From an archaeon (lineage in GTDB: Archaea > Iainarchaeota > Iainarchaeia > Iainarchaeales > JAAZKV01): a DNA stretch of 64,000 bases. Below the pieces are notes generated by a model that saw only the letters and a program-made list of their open reading frames with translations, ran no database searches and was not told where the DNA came from. This document shows, in pieces, positions 1 to 9,598 of the stretch. The stretch spans positions 6,942-70,941 of the forward strand of contig JBBSVX010000013.1 of the NCBI GenBank assembly GCA_038046585.1. Direction: 5' to 3'. The first letter of the stretch is position 1; every line of letters starts with the position of its first letter. Both the position numbers and the translations under genes were made by a program.

Positions 1-245
1 CATTTCTGGTCATAGCACCCATAACCAATCCAGCCGTTTTTCCAAACACAACTTGAAGTTGCTGGGCTTCTCAAGCACTCATTCTTAGCATAATGACTAA
101 CGTCGCCAAAGCAGGCGTTGTATGAGCATAAGCCTGGATCAGCAGTGTTTCGGCAAACGCTTGCAGCGCTTACTGTACTAATAATAAAAACTAGAAAAAT
201 CAGAGCTGTAATAGCAAGTAAAAATGATTTATGACTCAAAACCAT
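1..245 (-). CDS. Secreted cysteine-rich protein, 5' part only (runs off the window edge)
   Basis: Not in the ORF track. Manual translation gives MVLSHKSFLLAITALIFLVFIISTVSAASVCRNTADPGLCSYNACFGDVSHYAKNECLRSPATSSCVWKNGWIGYGCYDQK..., a Sec-type signal peptide followed by Cys-rich sequence with no stop before base 1. Confidence 0.75.
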   Translation of the reverse strand, partial: MVLSHKSFLLAITALIFLVFIISTVSAASVCRNTADPGLCSYNACFGDVSHYAKNECLRSPATSSCVWKNGWIGYGCYDQK

Positions 246-511
246 ACACCAGGCAATTATACCATATTGACCCATAAGGCTTATAAGGTTACTTCATAAC
301 TGAACTAAGTTAATAGATTCAATTACTTTTTTGAGTGCTCTTTTTGAGTACTCTAATACTATGTAACCCCTGGGGCGAAGATTTAAATGAGTACTGAAAA
401 GAGGCAGTAAATCGCACTATAATATATATAATATAAGAGAAAACGACAGCATTTCCTCAAGAAAAAACGAAAAATGCCTAAAATAAGGCAAATATGAGCT
501 TCTTTGACTAT

Positions 512-868
512 TTAGCCGATTCTTAGCACTAGTTCTTTTGACTTCTTGCTTTGAATATACTTGTAGTCACTGTTGAAGTGTTCCATTACAGTGATTAATA
601 TGGGCTGCTCCCCATTCTCTACGTTTGGTCTTGAGTAAACATCAAAGTAGTCCCTGGTCTTCTCCCCGGGCTGCATCTCATCAAATCTCTTTGTTTGGGC
701 GTTACTTCTCCCACCTTTGTCAAAAGCCAGCTGTGGACCAAGAACGATATCATAGGAGATCATCTGGATCTTGCTGGTGTTATTTACTATTTCCACCATT
801 AATTCTACCGGTTCCCTTTTTGCGAGTATCATTCTCAAAGGAGTTAGTTCTGTTTTGATATCAACCAT
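512..868 (-). CDS. Hypothetical protein, likely beta-rich (Ig-like) small domain
   Basis: Track ORF 512..904. Start moved to ATG 868 after a GGTGG Shine-Dalgarno (SD)-like motif. Alternating hydrophobic pattern. Confidence 0.65.
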   Translation of the reverse strand: MVDIKTELTPLRMILAKREPVELMVEIVNNTSKIQMISYDIVLGPQLAFDKGGRSNAQTKRFDEMQPGEKTRDYFDVYSRPNVENGEQPILITVMEHFNSDYKYIQSKKSKELVLRIG

Positions 869-1007
869 TGTTACCACCAAAAATAATTCTACCAATATAC
901 GCATCCAACATTTAAAAATCTTGTTAAAACGATTTTTTAGCGTTAAAATTCAAAAAAACGCCCCATCCCCCAAAAAGTATTAATACCCCCAAGGACCTTA
1001 CTTCTCA

Positions 1008-1157
1008 ATGGGGCTATCAAAAATACAAATGGCTGGAGCAGCAGTGCTTGTTGCGCTTGCTCTTATGTATGTGCCAGTACCTTTCGTCGACGGAAGAAGC
1101 ATTGCAGCAATAATTTTGCTGATAATCGGCATCTACCTTGTTGCGCTCGCCAAATGA
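1008..1157 (+). CDS. 49-aa membrane microprotein with two hydrophobic helices
   Basis: Manual translation MGLSKIQMAGAAVLVALALMYVPVPFVDGRSIAAIILLIIGIYLVALAK. A TATA-like TATTAATA lies about 25 nt upstream. Below the track length cutoff. Confidence 0.7.
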   Translation: MGLSKIQMAGAAVLVALALMYVPVPFVDGRSIAAIILLIIGIYLVALAK

Positions 1158-1273
1158 AAATCTTCTAACAAGGCTGACGCTCAATGGGAAATTTTCCAGT
1201 AACCATTATTAATAGCTTCAGCCGTAAGAATATCAAGGAAAAAGAGTATTTCCTTTTATTTTTGGTGAAAAAA

Positions 1274-1750
1274 ATGATACCTGAAGCAGAGCTCATTAGA
1301 AAAGAACTGACAATTAGGCAAATGGATTTTCCCAGTTCAGTTGCACTCACAAAAAATTCTCTCCTTAGATGGTGTGCGCTTTCGCTCGGACTTATCTCAA
1401 GCAATGAAAGCCGCGATAAGGGACTCCTTGCACTTGATGCACTTTTTACTTTTATTTTTACGAAGAAACAAAATCCGACAACGCTTGACATCCAAGAATA
1501 TATTATGTCAAAATCAAAGGTTGAGATGAGCGAAAAACTCATTCGCTATCATTTGAACAGGGTGATTGATCTCGGGCTAATACAACGAGAAGGACTCTCT
1601 TACAAAATCAATCCTTCCCCTACTTCTGAACAAAGAAACTCGATGAAAGAATCGTTTAACGCTTGGGTAAAAGATGCGCTCAACAAGGAAATGGAAAAAA
1701 CATCAGGCGCGCTTGACAAATTGCAGAAAATGTATGAAGAGAAAAAGTAA
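1274..1750 (+). CDS. Winged helix-turn-helix protein, putative transcription regulator
   Basis: C-terminal SEKLIRYHLNRVIDLGLIQREGLSYKI resembles a wHTH recognition helix and wing. GGTGA SD precedes ATG 1274. Confidence 0.65.
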   Translation: MIPEAELIRKELTIRQMDFPSSVALTKNSLLRWCALSLGLISSNESRDKGLLALDALFTFIFTKKQNPTTLDIQEYIMSKSKVEMSEKLIRYHLNRVIDLGLIQREGLSYKINPSPTSEQRNSMKESFNAWVKDALNKEMEKTSGALDKLQKMYEEKK

Positions 1751-1763
1751 GCCCGACAAAAAA

Positions 1764-2741
1764 TTAGCGGAGTTTAGTAACCCCGTTAACGCAGTTCTTC
1801 ACTTCGCCTTTTTTTAACGCAAGAACCATTTGTTCCGCAACTTCTAACCCTACGTTCTCCTGCGCTTCAAAAGTTGATGCGCCTAAGTGCGGCGTGCAGA
1901 CAACTTTTTCGTGCATTACAAGTTCTTTCTTCATTGGCGGCTCTTCGTTATATACATCTAAACCCGCAGCGGCTACTTTCCCTGAATTTAACGCGCGAAG
2001 GAGAGCATCTTCGTCTATTACTCCCCCTCTTGCAACATTTAGAATCCTCACGTTCTTTTTCATTATCTCAAACTGCGCATCAGAAATCATGTTCTTTGTC
2101 TTGTCAGTGAGCGGAACATGAACTGTAATATAATCTGCGTGCTTGTATATGCTCTCAAGCTCTGCTTTTTCCACTCCAAACTCTTTTAGCTTTGCAGCAT
2201 CGATAAACGGATCATAAACAAGAACTTTCATTTCAAATGCCAGAGCAACTTTTGCAACTTTCTTCCCAACATTTCCAAAACCGATTAGCCCGAGAGTCTT
2301 TGCTTTGAGCTCAGTTCCTTCAAAACTCTTTCTGTCCCACTTGCCTTCCTTCATTGTTTTGTGACTATGAATTATGTGTTTTGAAAGAAGAATCATTAAT
2401 GCGAGAGTGTGCTCCGCAGCAGCGTTAGTGTTCCCAAAAGGAGTGTTCTCAACGCAAATACCAACCGCTTTCGCAGCGTCCTTATCAACGTTATCTACTC
2501 CAACGCCCGCTCTTCCAATAACTTTTAATTTTCCTTTAGCGCCGGCTTCGAGGATTTTTTTCGTAATCTTTACTCCACTCCTTATAACAAAAGCGTCATA
2601 GTCCGCTGCAATAGATGCGAGCTCATCTTCCTTAAGGCCAATCTTAACATCAAGTAAAAGACCGGCTTCCCTCATTATGTCAAGAGCTGTTTCTGAAATA
2701 GGATCAGTTACCAAAATTTTTATTTCTGCCATTACAACCAC
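1764..2741 (-). CDS. serA: D-3-phosphoglycerate dehydrogenase-like 2-hydroxyacid dehydrogenase (short form, no ACT domain)
   Basis: RAGVGVDNVD, GLIGFGNVG Rossmann motif, NVARGG, TPHLGASTFEAQ. Confidence 0.85.
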   Translation of the reverse strand: MVVMAEIKILVTDPISETALDIMREAGLLLDVKIGLKEDELASIAADYDAFVIRSGVKITKKILEAGAKGKLKVIGRAGVGVDNVDKDAAKAVGICVENTPFGNTNAAAEHTLALMILLSKHIIHSHKTMKEGKWDRKSFEGTELKAKTLGLIGFGNVGKKVAKVALAFEMKVLVYDPFIDAAKLKEFGVEKAELESIYKHADYITVHVPLTDKTKNMISDAQFEIMKKNVRILNVARGGVIDEDALLRALNSGKVAAAGLDVYNEEPPMKKELVMHEKVVCTPHLGASTFEAQENVGLEVAEQMVLALKKGEVKNCVNGVTKLR

Positions 2742-2747
2742 TCTAAA

Positions 2748-3833
2748 CTACAATTTCATTTCAACCGCTAGCGTATCAAGATATTTCTGCAATTCTTCCT
2801 TATTAAGAGTGCCCATGTGAGGTATCCTGAATGTGTCGGGTTTTCCTTGAGCCGCCAAATCATCGTTGAGTTTCCTATACCCCGCATCCATTACATACCC
2901 TTTGGTTTTCACTGCTTTCTTTACTTCTTCGAGATTTATTTTGCGAGTGTTTGAGATCGCAGTAACCGTCATTGAACGATACCCTTCTTCAGCAAATAAA
3001 TCAAGTCCTTTTGCTTTTGCCCACTCTTGGGTTTGTTTTGCGAGGCTCGCATGGCGAGTCCAAATATTGTCAAGCCCTTCAGCTATCATCGCATCGGTTC
3101 TTTGTTTTAATCCGAATATCAATCCCACCGCAGGAGTGTAAGGAGTTTGGTTTGAATCATACTCTTTTGCGAGCTCTACAAAATCAAAGTAATATCCTCT
3201 TGCTTTCACGTTTCTAGCTTTTGCTAGCGCACCCCCGCTAACTGATGCAAAGCTAAGTCCGGGCGGAAGAGCAAAACATTTTTGGGAACTTGAAATGCAA
3301 ACATCGATTCCTATCTTATCAACTTCCACTTTTGCTCCGCCAAGGGAGGAAACCGTGTCAACCATCATTAGTGCGCCGCTAGCTTTTATCACGGGCGCAA
3401 GTTCTGCCAAATTATTCATTACTCCAGTGGAAGTTTCGTTGTGGGTGATGCACACCGCTTCGTACTTCTTTTCTGAAAGTTTTTTTGCCAAAACTTCCGG
3501 CTTGATTGCTTTGCCGTCTTCGATTTTTAGCAGATCAGCTTCTTTTCCGCATGATTTTGCGATGTCATACCATTTTTTTCCAAATGCGCCACAGGAAACC
3601 ATTAACACGTCTTTCTCGACACAGTTACGTATCGCGCCTTCCATTAGGCCCGAACCGGAACTGGTTGAAATGAGAACTCTATTATTAGTGTAAAGTATTT
3701 TTTTCAAATTAGAGGTGCATGCGCCAAAGATTTCAGCGAATTCTTTCCCTCTATGTCCTATCATTTCTTTTTGCATTGCAGCCATTGTTTCGGCTGGAAC
3801 GCTTATAGGCCCCGGTATAAATAGTCTTGCCAA
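2748..3833 (-). CDS. Class V PLP-dependent aminotransferase (serine-pyruvate / archaeal phosphoserine aminotransferase type)
   Basis: LFIPGP, HNETSTGV, VDTVSS, SSQKCFALPPG with the PLP lysine, FRIPHMG. TTG start with GGTGA SD. Co-oriented with serA. Confidence 0.88.
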   Translation of the reverse strand: MARLFIPGPISVPAETMAAMQKEMIGHRGKEFAEIFGACTSNLKKILYTNNRVLISTSSGSGLMEGAIRNCVEKDVLMVSCGAFGKKWYDIAKSCGKEADLLKIEDGKAIKPEVLAKKLSEKKYEAVCITHNETSTGVMNNLAELAPVIKASGALMMVDTVSSLGGAKVEVDKIGIDVCISSSQKCFALPPGLSFASVSGGALAKARNVKARGYYFDFVELAKEYDSNQTPYTPAVGLIFGLKQRTDAMIAEGLDNIWTRHASLAKQTQEWAKAKGLDLFAEEGYRSMTVTAISNTRKINLEEVKKAVKTKGYVMDAGYRKLNDDLAAQGKPDTFRIPHMGTLNKEELQKYLDTLAVEMKL

Positions 3834-3935
3834 TAAATCACCCGTGTTTAGAAAACAAATCCCTTAAATGGTTAAAAAGCTTCCTCAATCCCGCGAAATG
3901 GCAAAGAAACTTTTGAAATGGCGACTCGCAATTCT

Positions 3936-5840
3936 CTACTTTAGCCTTACTGCGTCAAGATTTCTTATGGCGGTCGAGCTAATACCGAATTTTGCTGCGC
4001 AGTACTTGGAAAACTCAACACTCCTTGACGGATCGCCGTGATCTACAATGATTTTCTTTGGCTTTGGCTTCAGCGAAGCAACGTAAGCGCTTAGTTGGTT
4101 GAAATCGGAGTGCCCTGAGAACCCGTCGATTGTTTCTATTCTCATTTTTACGTCCACTCTTCTTGTTTTTCCGTTGTCGCTCACTGGGAGCGTCTTTAAT
4201 CCTTGCTGGATTTTTCTTCCAAATGTCCCTTCGGCCAAATATCCAACGAACACCAAAGTGTTTGACGGATTTTCCGCCATTTTGTAGAAATAATCTATTA
4301 CCGGTCCGCCATTCATCATTCCGCTCGTAGTTATTATTACTGCGCCGGAGTCTGCAACTATCTTGTCCCTCATATCTTTTTTTGCTTCGTTAAATACCGG
4401 ACTATCGAATGGAGAATCGTTTGTTAAAATTCTTTTTTCAAGGCTCTGTCGCAAGTATTCAGGGTACGCTGTGTGTATTGCGCTTGCTTCTCGCACCATT
4501 CCTTCAATGTAAATCTTGTTTTTGTCAGTTAGAACTCCTCTCTTGTAAGCATCTTCTATTACCATGCAGATTTCTTGCCCTCTTCCTACGCCGAATACCG
4601 GTATGAGAACATTTCCGCCAAATTGTGTTGTTTCAAGTATTATGTCAATTAGTTTTTGTTCCGATTCTTGTCTTGAGAGCTGCACTGCCGATTGAGAACC
4701 GTAAGTGCTTTCAACGATGAGTGTTTCAAGTCTTGGATATTTTATGTCCAAATTATCAAATAATCTTGTTGCACCGTATTTTATGTCTCCACTGTAAACG
4801 ACGTTATGCACCCCTTCTTTAATATTTATGTGCGCCGAGGCCGAGCCGAGTATGTGCGCTGCGTTATGCAGAGTAAGTCTCATGTCGGGGGCGATGTCAG
4901 TAACTTCCCTGTAATCTCGCGTGATGTTTTGCAAGAGCGCCTGTTTTACATCTTGTTCTGAGAATGGAACATCTTTTTCATTCGCTACGCTTACGTCCAA
5001 ATAATCAAAATGTAGTAGTGCCATTAAGTCTCTTGTCGGTTCGGTGCAATATATCGGTCCGTCAAATCCTAATCTTGTCAAGTAAGGTACTAGTCCAGTG
5101 TGGTCCGAGTGTGCGTGGGTTATTACCATCGCATCTATCTCGCTCATCGGGTATCCGAGTGAATCAATGTAAGGGTACGGATCGTCAGAGCTGAAGTTTA
5201 TCCCCGCATCGAGAAGTATTTTTGTGTGCTCTGTTTCAAGGAGCATACAGCTTCTTCCAACTTCTCTAAATCCACCAAGTGCAACGAGTCTTATCCATTC
5301 GTGTTTTGAGTGGGATACTTCTTCGTATATTTGTTCCGCGGTTTTTAAAAGGAATTTTTTTCGCTCATCGGCGTGTTTGTAGAGATGCCTTCTTATTCCG
5401 GATAGTATTTCTGATTTTGTTGTAGGAGCCCTTAATATTTTTGGGGTCCAACCGGTTTCAAGCACAATTCTCTTTGAGAGTTCTCCGCCTTTTCCTATTA
5501 CTAGTCCTTTTTTTACCGCTTCAATCACGACTTCGCTGAATGGTTCGTTGAAATAAACATCCTTTACATCCGCTTCCACAGGGATCATGGATAGGATCTG
5601 TTTCTTCGCTTGTTCTACGTTTGAAAGCAGTGTTTTGTCCGTTCTTATGTTAACTCTTTTTTTGAGTTCGAACGCAATTTTTGAGACAAGGTTATCTGCG
5701 CTAAAGAATGCTGCCGGGTTTCTGGTGTAAATTATTACTTCAGGCCCTTCCATCTCTACTTTTGTTATTTCGGCTTCTCTTGGAGCGATTCGCTTAAGAG
5801 CTTCATTGATGTCGTCAAGTATTTTCAGTTTTTGTACCAT
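3936..5840 (-). CDS. fttA: Beta-CASP ribonuclease aCPSF1 / FttA with N-terminal KH domains
   Basis: N-terminal KH region (VIGKGG), LGGFREVGRS, HAHSDH metallo-beta-lactamase motif, GFSGHSD. Lies downstream of psmB, as is usual in archaea. Confidence 0.93.
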   Translation of the reverse strand: MVQKLKILDDINEALKRIAPREAEITKVEMEGPEVIIYTRNPAAFFSADNLVSKIAFELKKRVNIRTDKTLLSNVEQAKKQILSMIPVEADVKDVYFNEPFSEVVIEAVKKGLVIGKGGELSKRIVLETGWTPKILRAPTTKSEILSGIRRHLYKHADERKKFLLKTAEQIYEEVSHSKHEWIRLVALGGFREVGRSCMLLETEHTKILLDAGINFSSDDPYPYIDSLGYPMSEIDAMVITHAHSDHTGLVPYLTRLGFDGPIYCTEPTRDLMALLHFDYLDVSVANEKDVPFSEQDVKQALLQNITRDYREVTDIAPDMRLTLHNAAHILGSASAHINIKEGVHNVVYSGDIKYGATRLFDNLDIKYPRLETLIVESTYGSQSAVQLSRQESEQKLIDIILETTQFGGNVLIPVFGVGRGQEICMVIEDAYKRGVLTDKNKIYIEGMVREASAIHTAYPEYLRQSLEKRILTNDSPFDSPVFNEAKKDMRDKIVADSGAVIITTSGMMNGGPVIDYFYKMAENPSNTLVFVGYLAEGTFGRKIQQGLKTLPVSDNGKTRRVDVKMRIETIDGFSGHSDFNQLSAYVASLKPKPKKIIVDHGDPSRSVEFSKYCAAKFGISSTAIRNLDAVRLK

Positions 5841-5844
5841 TTTT

Positions 5845-6012
5845 TCACTTCTGTATTTTGTATTTTTTCTCCGCTTCTTCGATTCTTTTCAATAAAAAGT
5901 TTATGTCATCCCGAATTCTTGTGAGTTCTTCTTTCATGTACTTTGCCATGTATTTTACTTCTTCGTTGCTCTTCGAACCATATTCTATTTTTGCTTCTTT
6001 TAGCATTTTCAT
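5845..6012 (-). CDS. 55-aa charged, coiled-coil-like hypothetical protein
   Basis: Manual translation MKMLKEAKIEYGSKSNEEVKYMAKYMKEELTRIRDDINFLLKRIEEAEKKYKIQK. GAGG SD. Stop lies 4 nt before the aCPSF1 start. Confidence 0.65.
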   Translation of the reverse strand: MKMLKEAKIEYGSKSNEEVKYMAKYMKEELTRIRDDINFLLKRIEEAEKKYKIQK

Positions 6013-6119
6013 TCCTCTAAAAAATTATTTCACCGCTAAAGGAGAGTTAAAGTCAAGGTTCCCTTGAAAAAAAATATTTGGCAATTAATTGATTTGATTT
6101 TTCTTTTAAGGCATTGATT

Positions 6120-6866
6120 TTAGTTTTTCTTGAAGTTGAGCTTTACTTTTGCCACTGCTTTTTCTATTTCTTTCTCGTCAACTTTCCTGTATTCTTTCTT
6201 ATCTATAATTACCATCGAAATCGTTCTTCCGCCAGTGTTAATGTCTCTGTTCTTTGAAACCATTATTGCTTTTACTGCGAGGCTTATAGCGTCTTCTTCT
6301 GCCATTTCCGGCCTAAAATCTGCGTCAAGTACTGCTATTGCGAACTCTGTTCCTGATCCGGTTACTGCATATTTTGTTTTCTTTGATATGCACCCGAATG
6401 GGGTGAGCTCATAGAGCTGTGGCTTGTTGTTTACTCCGCCGATTATTGGCATGAATATGAAAGGGTAGTATCTGTTTCCGTTTAAAACGTTTGAAAGCAA
6501 ATTTGAGATTGCTTTAGGAGTTATTTTTGTTCCTCGTTCTATTTCGTAGAGGTTCGCCTGCGCTTTTAGGTATCTTATCACCATCAGCGAGTCGCCTACT
6601 GCGCCTGAAATTGTAAGTCCAACCTTGCTTGTAATTTTATAAATCTTTTTTGCGTCGTCATCGGCGGCCATGTACCCCATTGTTGCCTGCTGATCCGCTG
6701 CTAGAACTACAAATTCTTTTCCTATTATGCCTACCGTAGTAGTGCCAGTCTTTTTCTGTTGTACTGTAATGTTTGCGTTTACTGGCCCGGCGGGAGGAGT
6801 GAATCTTACTCTCTCGCTTATGAGACTTATGGGCAATCCTTCTACTTCCTTAAAGTAGTTCATCAT
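6120..6866 (-). CDS. psmB: 20S proteasome beta subunit with propeptide
   Basis: KTG|TTTVG autocleavage site with catalytic Thr, AADQQAT, TGSG. Confidence 0.93.
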   Translation of the reverse strand: MMNYFKEVEGLPISLISERVRFTPPAGPVNANITVQQKKTGTTTVGIIGKEFVVLAADQQATMGYMAADDDAKKIYKITSKVGLTISGAVGDSLMVIRYLKAQANLYEIERGTKITPKAISNLLSNVLNGNRYYPFIFMPIIGGVNNKPQLYELTPFGCISKKTKYAVTGSGTEFAIAVLDADFRPEMAEEDAISLAVKAIMVSKNRDINTGGRTISMVIIDKKEYRKVDEKEIEKAVAKVKLNFKKN

Positions 6867-6971
6867 CGATCACAAAAATAAACAATTAGCTTTGTTACAA
6901 AGCTTTGATTCGAAAACCTTTATAAAGGTATTTGTGAAGTGCCCTAAAATCCATTAAAAATGGTTTTTGAG

Positions 6972-8003
6972 TCACTTCTTTGGCTTCGGTCTTTGTATGA
7001 TTGAAGCTGAATCTGATTTTATGTCAACATCCGCTCTTGTCGGGGCTTTCTTTTCTTTCACAACGTCACTGAATGTTCTTGCGAGCGATTTTTCTTTTTG
7101 AGGAATGGCTTTTCTCACTATTTCTTCTATGTCTTCGGCTTCTTCCTCTATTTCTTCGCTTATTTCTTGCCTTTCTAATTCTTCTTCAGCTTCTTCAAGC
7201 GCATCTTCTGTACTTTCTTGTTTTTCAACAATTTCTTTTGCCGGTGCAACTTGCGTTGCAACTGCTTTTGAGCCGTCCTTGTTCTCTTCAAATTTGATTG
7301 TAACCCCAAAAATCAGTCCGAGTCTTGCAACCGAGGCGTTTACTTTCTCAAGATTTGAATAGAATCTTGTCGGAAGTTTTATTGCTAATTTTCCTTGGGA
7401 ATATTCTTTTGTTACCCCTGGCAAAAGAGTGTAGTATTTGTCGTAAATTTCCTGCGCAACTTCATCAATGGCCGTTATTTCTTTTTCCACTTTTACTATA
7501 TATTCTATATCTCTTCCTGCGAGAGGGTGATTGAAATCAACTCTTACTCTTCCGCCTGATACGCTTTGTACTCTTCCGTAGTGTCCACCCGTTGCTATAA
7601 CCAGGCCTGGAACCGGATTCAATTTTTGATCTAAGAAAACTTTTATTGGTACTACTCTTACAAGATCAGCGATTCTTTCTCCAAAAGCGTCCTTTGGCGC
7701 GAGCTTCACTGTTTTTTCTTCGCCAACTTTCATCGTTGCAAGCTCTTTTTCCACAAGGGGAAGAAGTTCTTTTTCGCCCGTTATGATTGTAAGTGAACCA
7801 TATTTTCTTTTTTCGTCAAAAAGCTTGTTTGCTTTTGCTACTTCGGAATCGGTGCAGTCAAATACTCTTCCTTCGAGCGATTCTTTTCCGATAAAACTAA
7901 CTTGGAGCATTCTTTTTTTGATATTTAATTCGTCGTGATCATGCGAACAAGTAGGATCATCGCATTTATGGTTTTCTTCTTGGTTTCCAGTCAATTTAAA
8001 CAC
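6972..8003 (-). CDS. slyD: FKBP-type peptidyl-prolyl isomerase (SlyD-like) with an acidic C-terminal extension
   Basis: GRVFD, KLAPKDAFGER, VRVDFNHPLAGRDIEY. The true start may be TTG at 7994. Confidence 0.85.
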   Translation of the reverse strand: MFKLTGNQEENHKCDDPTCSHDHDELNIKKRMLQVSFIGKESLEGRVFDCTDSEVAKANKLFDEKRKYGSLTIITGEKELLPLVEKELATMKVGEEKTVKLAPKDAFGERIADLVRVVPIKVFLDQKLNPVPGLVIATGGHYGRVQSVSGGRVRVDFNHPLAGRDIEYIVKVEKEITAIDEVAQEIYDKYYTLLPGVTKEYSQGKLAIKLPTRFYSNLEKVNASVARLGLIFGVTIKFEENKDGSKAVATQVAPAKEIVEKQESTEDALEEAEEELERQEISEEIEEEAEDIEEIVRKAIPQKEKSLARTFSDVVKEKKAPTRADVDIKSDSASIIQRPKPKK

Positions 8004-8101
8004 CTTTTTTACATTTCAGCTTTCGCGCCTTAAGCGCATTCTACTAAATAAAGGGGTTCGGATGAACTCTTTTTAAAGGATTGCTTGGAATTCTTTTGTA
8101 G

Positions 8102-9211
8102 GTGTTTTTGGTGCAAAATAACGAAATGTTAAAATGGTTCGGACTTTTCATTGTCGCCGTAATGGCCCTAAGCATGCTCGCAGCAGGACTGCTATACAGA
8201 GAGAATGATACTAGCGGCGCTGATGTCGATGCCGCAAATATTTTGGCAAACCAAAACCAGGCGACTTTCAATTACACCATTACTTTTGACACTAATGCCC
8301 TAAAGGAACTTAACGCGCTTAGGTTTGCGGCAAAGACGAGTCTTACCGACAAGCAAACCATAGATGATGCTGTTCTCAAGGTTAGCGGGGTTTCAAAAAT
8401 TTCTTCAAAATTTGTAAAACAACCTAATGAAACCGACTGGTATTATTTTGCCGAAGTTTCTCTAAAGAGAGACTCTGATTCAAGCTTAATATCAAGCGAA
8501 ATTTCAAAGCTTGAAGTTTTCACATCCGATGCAAGCTCCTTTGAAGCGATGAAGTACATGACAATAAGTTCTCCAGGAAAAGTGTCGATACACAACACCG
8601 ATCTTAATGTTGACAGGGATTTTAATTTTGAAATCAGCACGCTTTCATCAATAGTTTCACTTGAAACTATTCCCAATGACAATATCACTGTTTCTGGAAC
8701 GATGACCCTTTCAGGAAATGCTATTCAATCGCTTGATCTTCTTGAGAAATTAAATAACACCAGTTCGCCTAAACAATTCTCTGCTTCAGGGAACTTCACA
8801 ATCGTTTCCGTTGAAAACGAACTTACGCTTGACGCAGAGAAAGACAGCAATGTTTTTGATGAGAATTATTTGAGAGCGGAAATAACAAAGCTTGATTCAA
8901 ACGCGCAAATGTATTTTGATTCTTCAAGCGGCGCAAAGGCAAGCATTCTTTTCACCACTGACAGTGCAGTCGCTTCTCTTGAAAAGCTTTTTACTGATGC
9001 AAATTTCTCTGTAACAACCGCAAGAACGGCCAACTTTGACGAAAATTATTTTACTGTTCCAGAAATTGGGCTTGATTTGAAATATCCTCAAGGAACTTTT
9101 ACTGCAAGCGTAAGCCCAAGCAAGAAAGCAGGCGATGAAGTTCTCCTGAACATAAACGGGTATTATTCAAGAGATAGCATTTTGTTTATTAGCGCGGAAG
9201 AAAAGAACTAA
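8102..9211 (+). CDS. Hypothetical N-terminally anchored extracellular protein
   Basis: N-terminal hydrophobic helix, Ser/Thr/Asn-rich body with several NxS/T sequons. Confidence 0.7.
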   Translation: MFLVQNNEMLKWFGLFIVAVMALSMLAAGLLYRENDTSGADVDAANILANQNQATFNYTITFDTNALKELNALRFAAKTSLTDKQTIDDAVLKVSGVSKISSKFVKQPNETDWYYFAEVSLKRDSDSSLISSEISKLEVFTSDASSFEAMKYMTISSPGKVSIHNTDLNVDRDFNFEISTLSSIVSLETIPNDNITVSGTMTLSGNAIQSLDLLEKLNNTSSPKQFSASGNFTIVSVENELTLDAEKDSNVFDENYLRAEITKLDSNAQMYFDSSSGAKASILFTTDSAVASLEKLFTDANFSVTTARTANFDENYFTVPEIGLDLKYPQGTFTASVSPSKKAGDEVLLNINGYYSRDSILFISAEEKN

Positions 9212-9218
9212 TTTTTAT

Positions 9219-9551
9219 TTATTCTTTTAGTTTCATTATTGCTTCTGCTATGTCGCCGCTTGATTCTTCAAGGGCTTTTTTTGCTTTTTCTTTTGTAACG
9301 CCTGCTTGTTCTGCAACCATTTGTATGTCATCTTCAGGTATCCCGGCCGCTTCTTCTTGCGGGTCGCCTATCACAGTATAAGTTCTTTTTCCTTGGACAT
9401 CCATCCACTGGACTTGGGGCGAGGAGAAAATCATTTTCTTTCCGCTCTCTTCCTCAATAATTACTTTTGTAGCTTTTACTTCGCCGCTCTTTATACCCAT
9501 CTGTCTCATCATTTGAGCCATTTGTTTTGGATTTACTCCGCCCGGAAACAT
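9219..9551 (-). CDS. nac: Nascent polypeptide-associated complex protein
   Basis: MFPGGVNPKQMAQMMRQMGI N-terminus and C-terminal UBA-like EDDIQMVAEQAGV...GDIAEAIMKL. Confidence 0.93.
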   Translation of the reverse strand: MFPGGVNPKQMAQMMRQMGIKSGEVKATKVIIEEESGKKMIFSSPQVQWMDVQGKRTYTVIGDPQEEAAGIPEDDIQMVAEQAGVTKEKAKKALEESSGDIAEAIMKLKE

Positions 9552-9598
9552 ATCATCACGATTAATCTTGGATTGAAAAAGGTTAATAAATCGAATCT

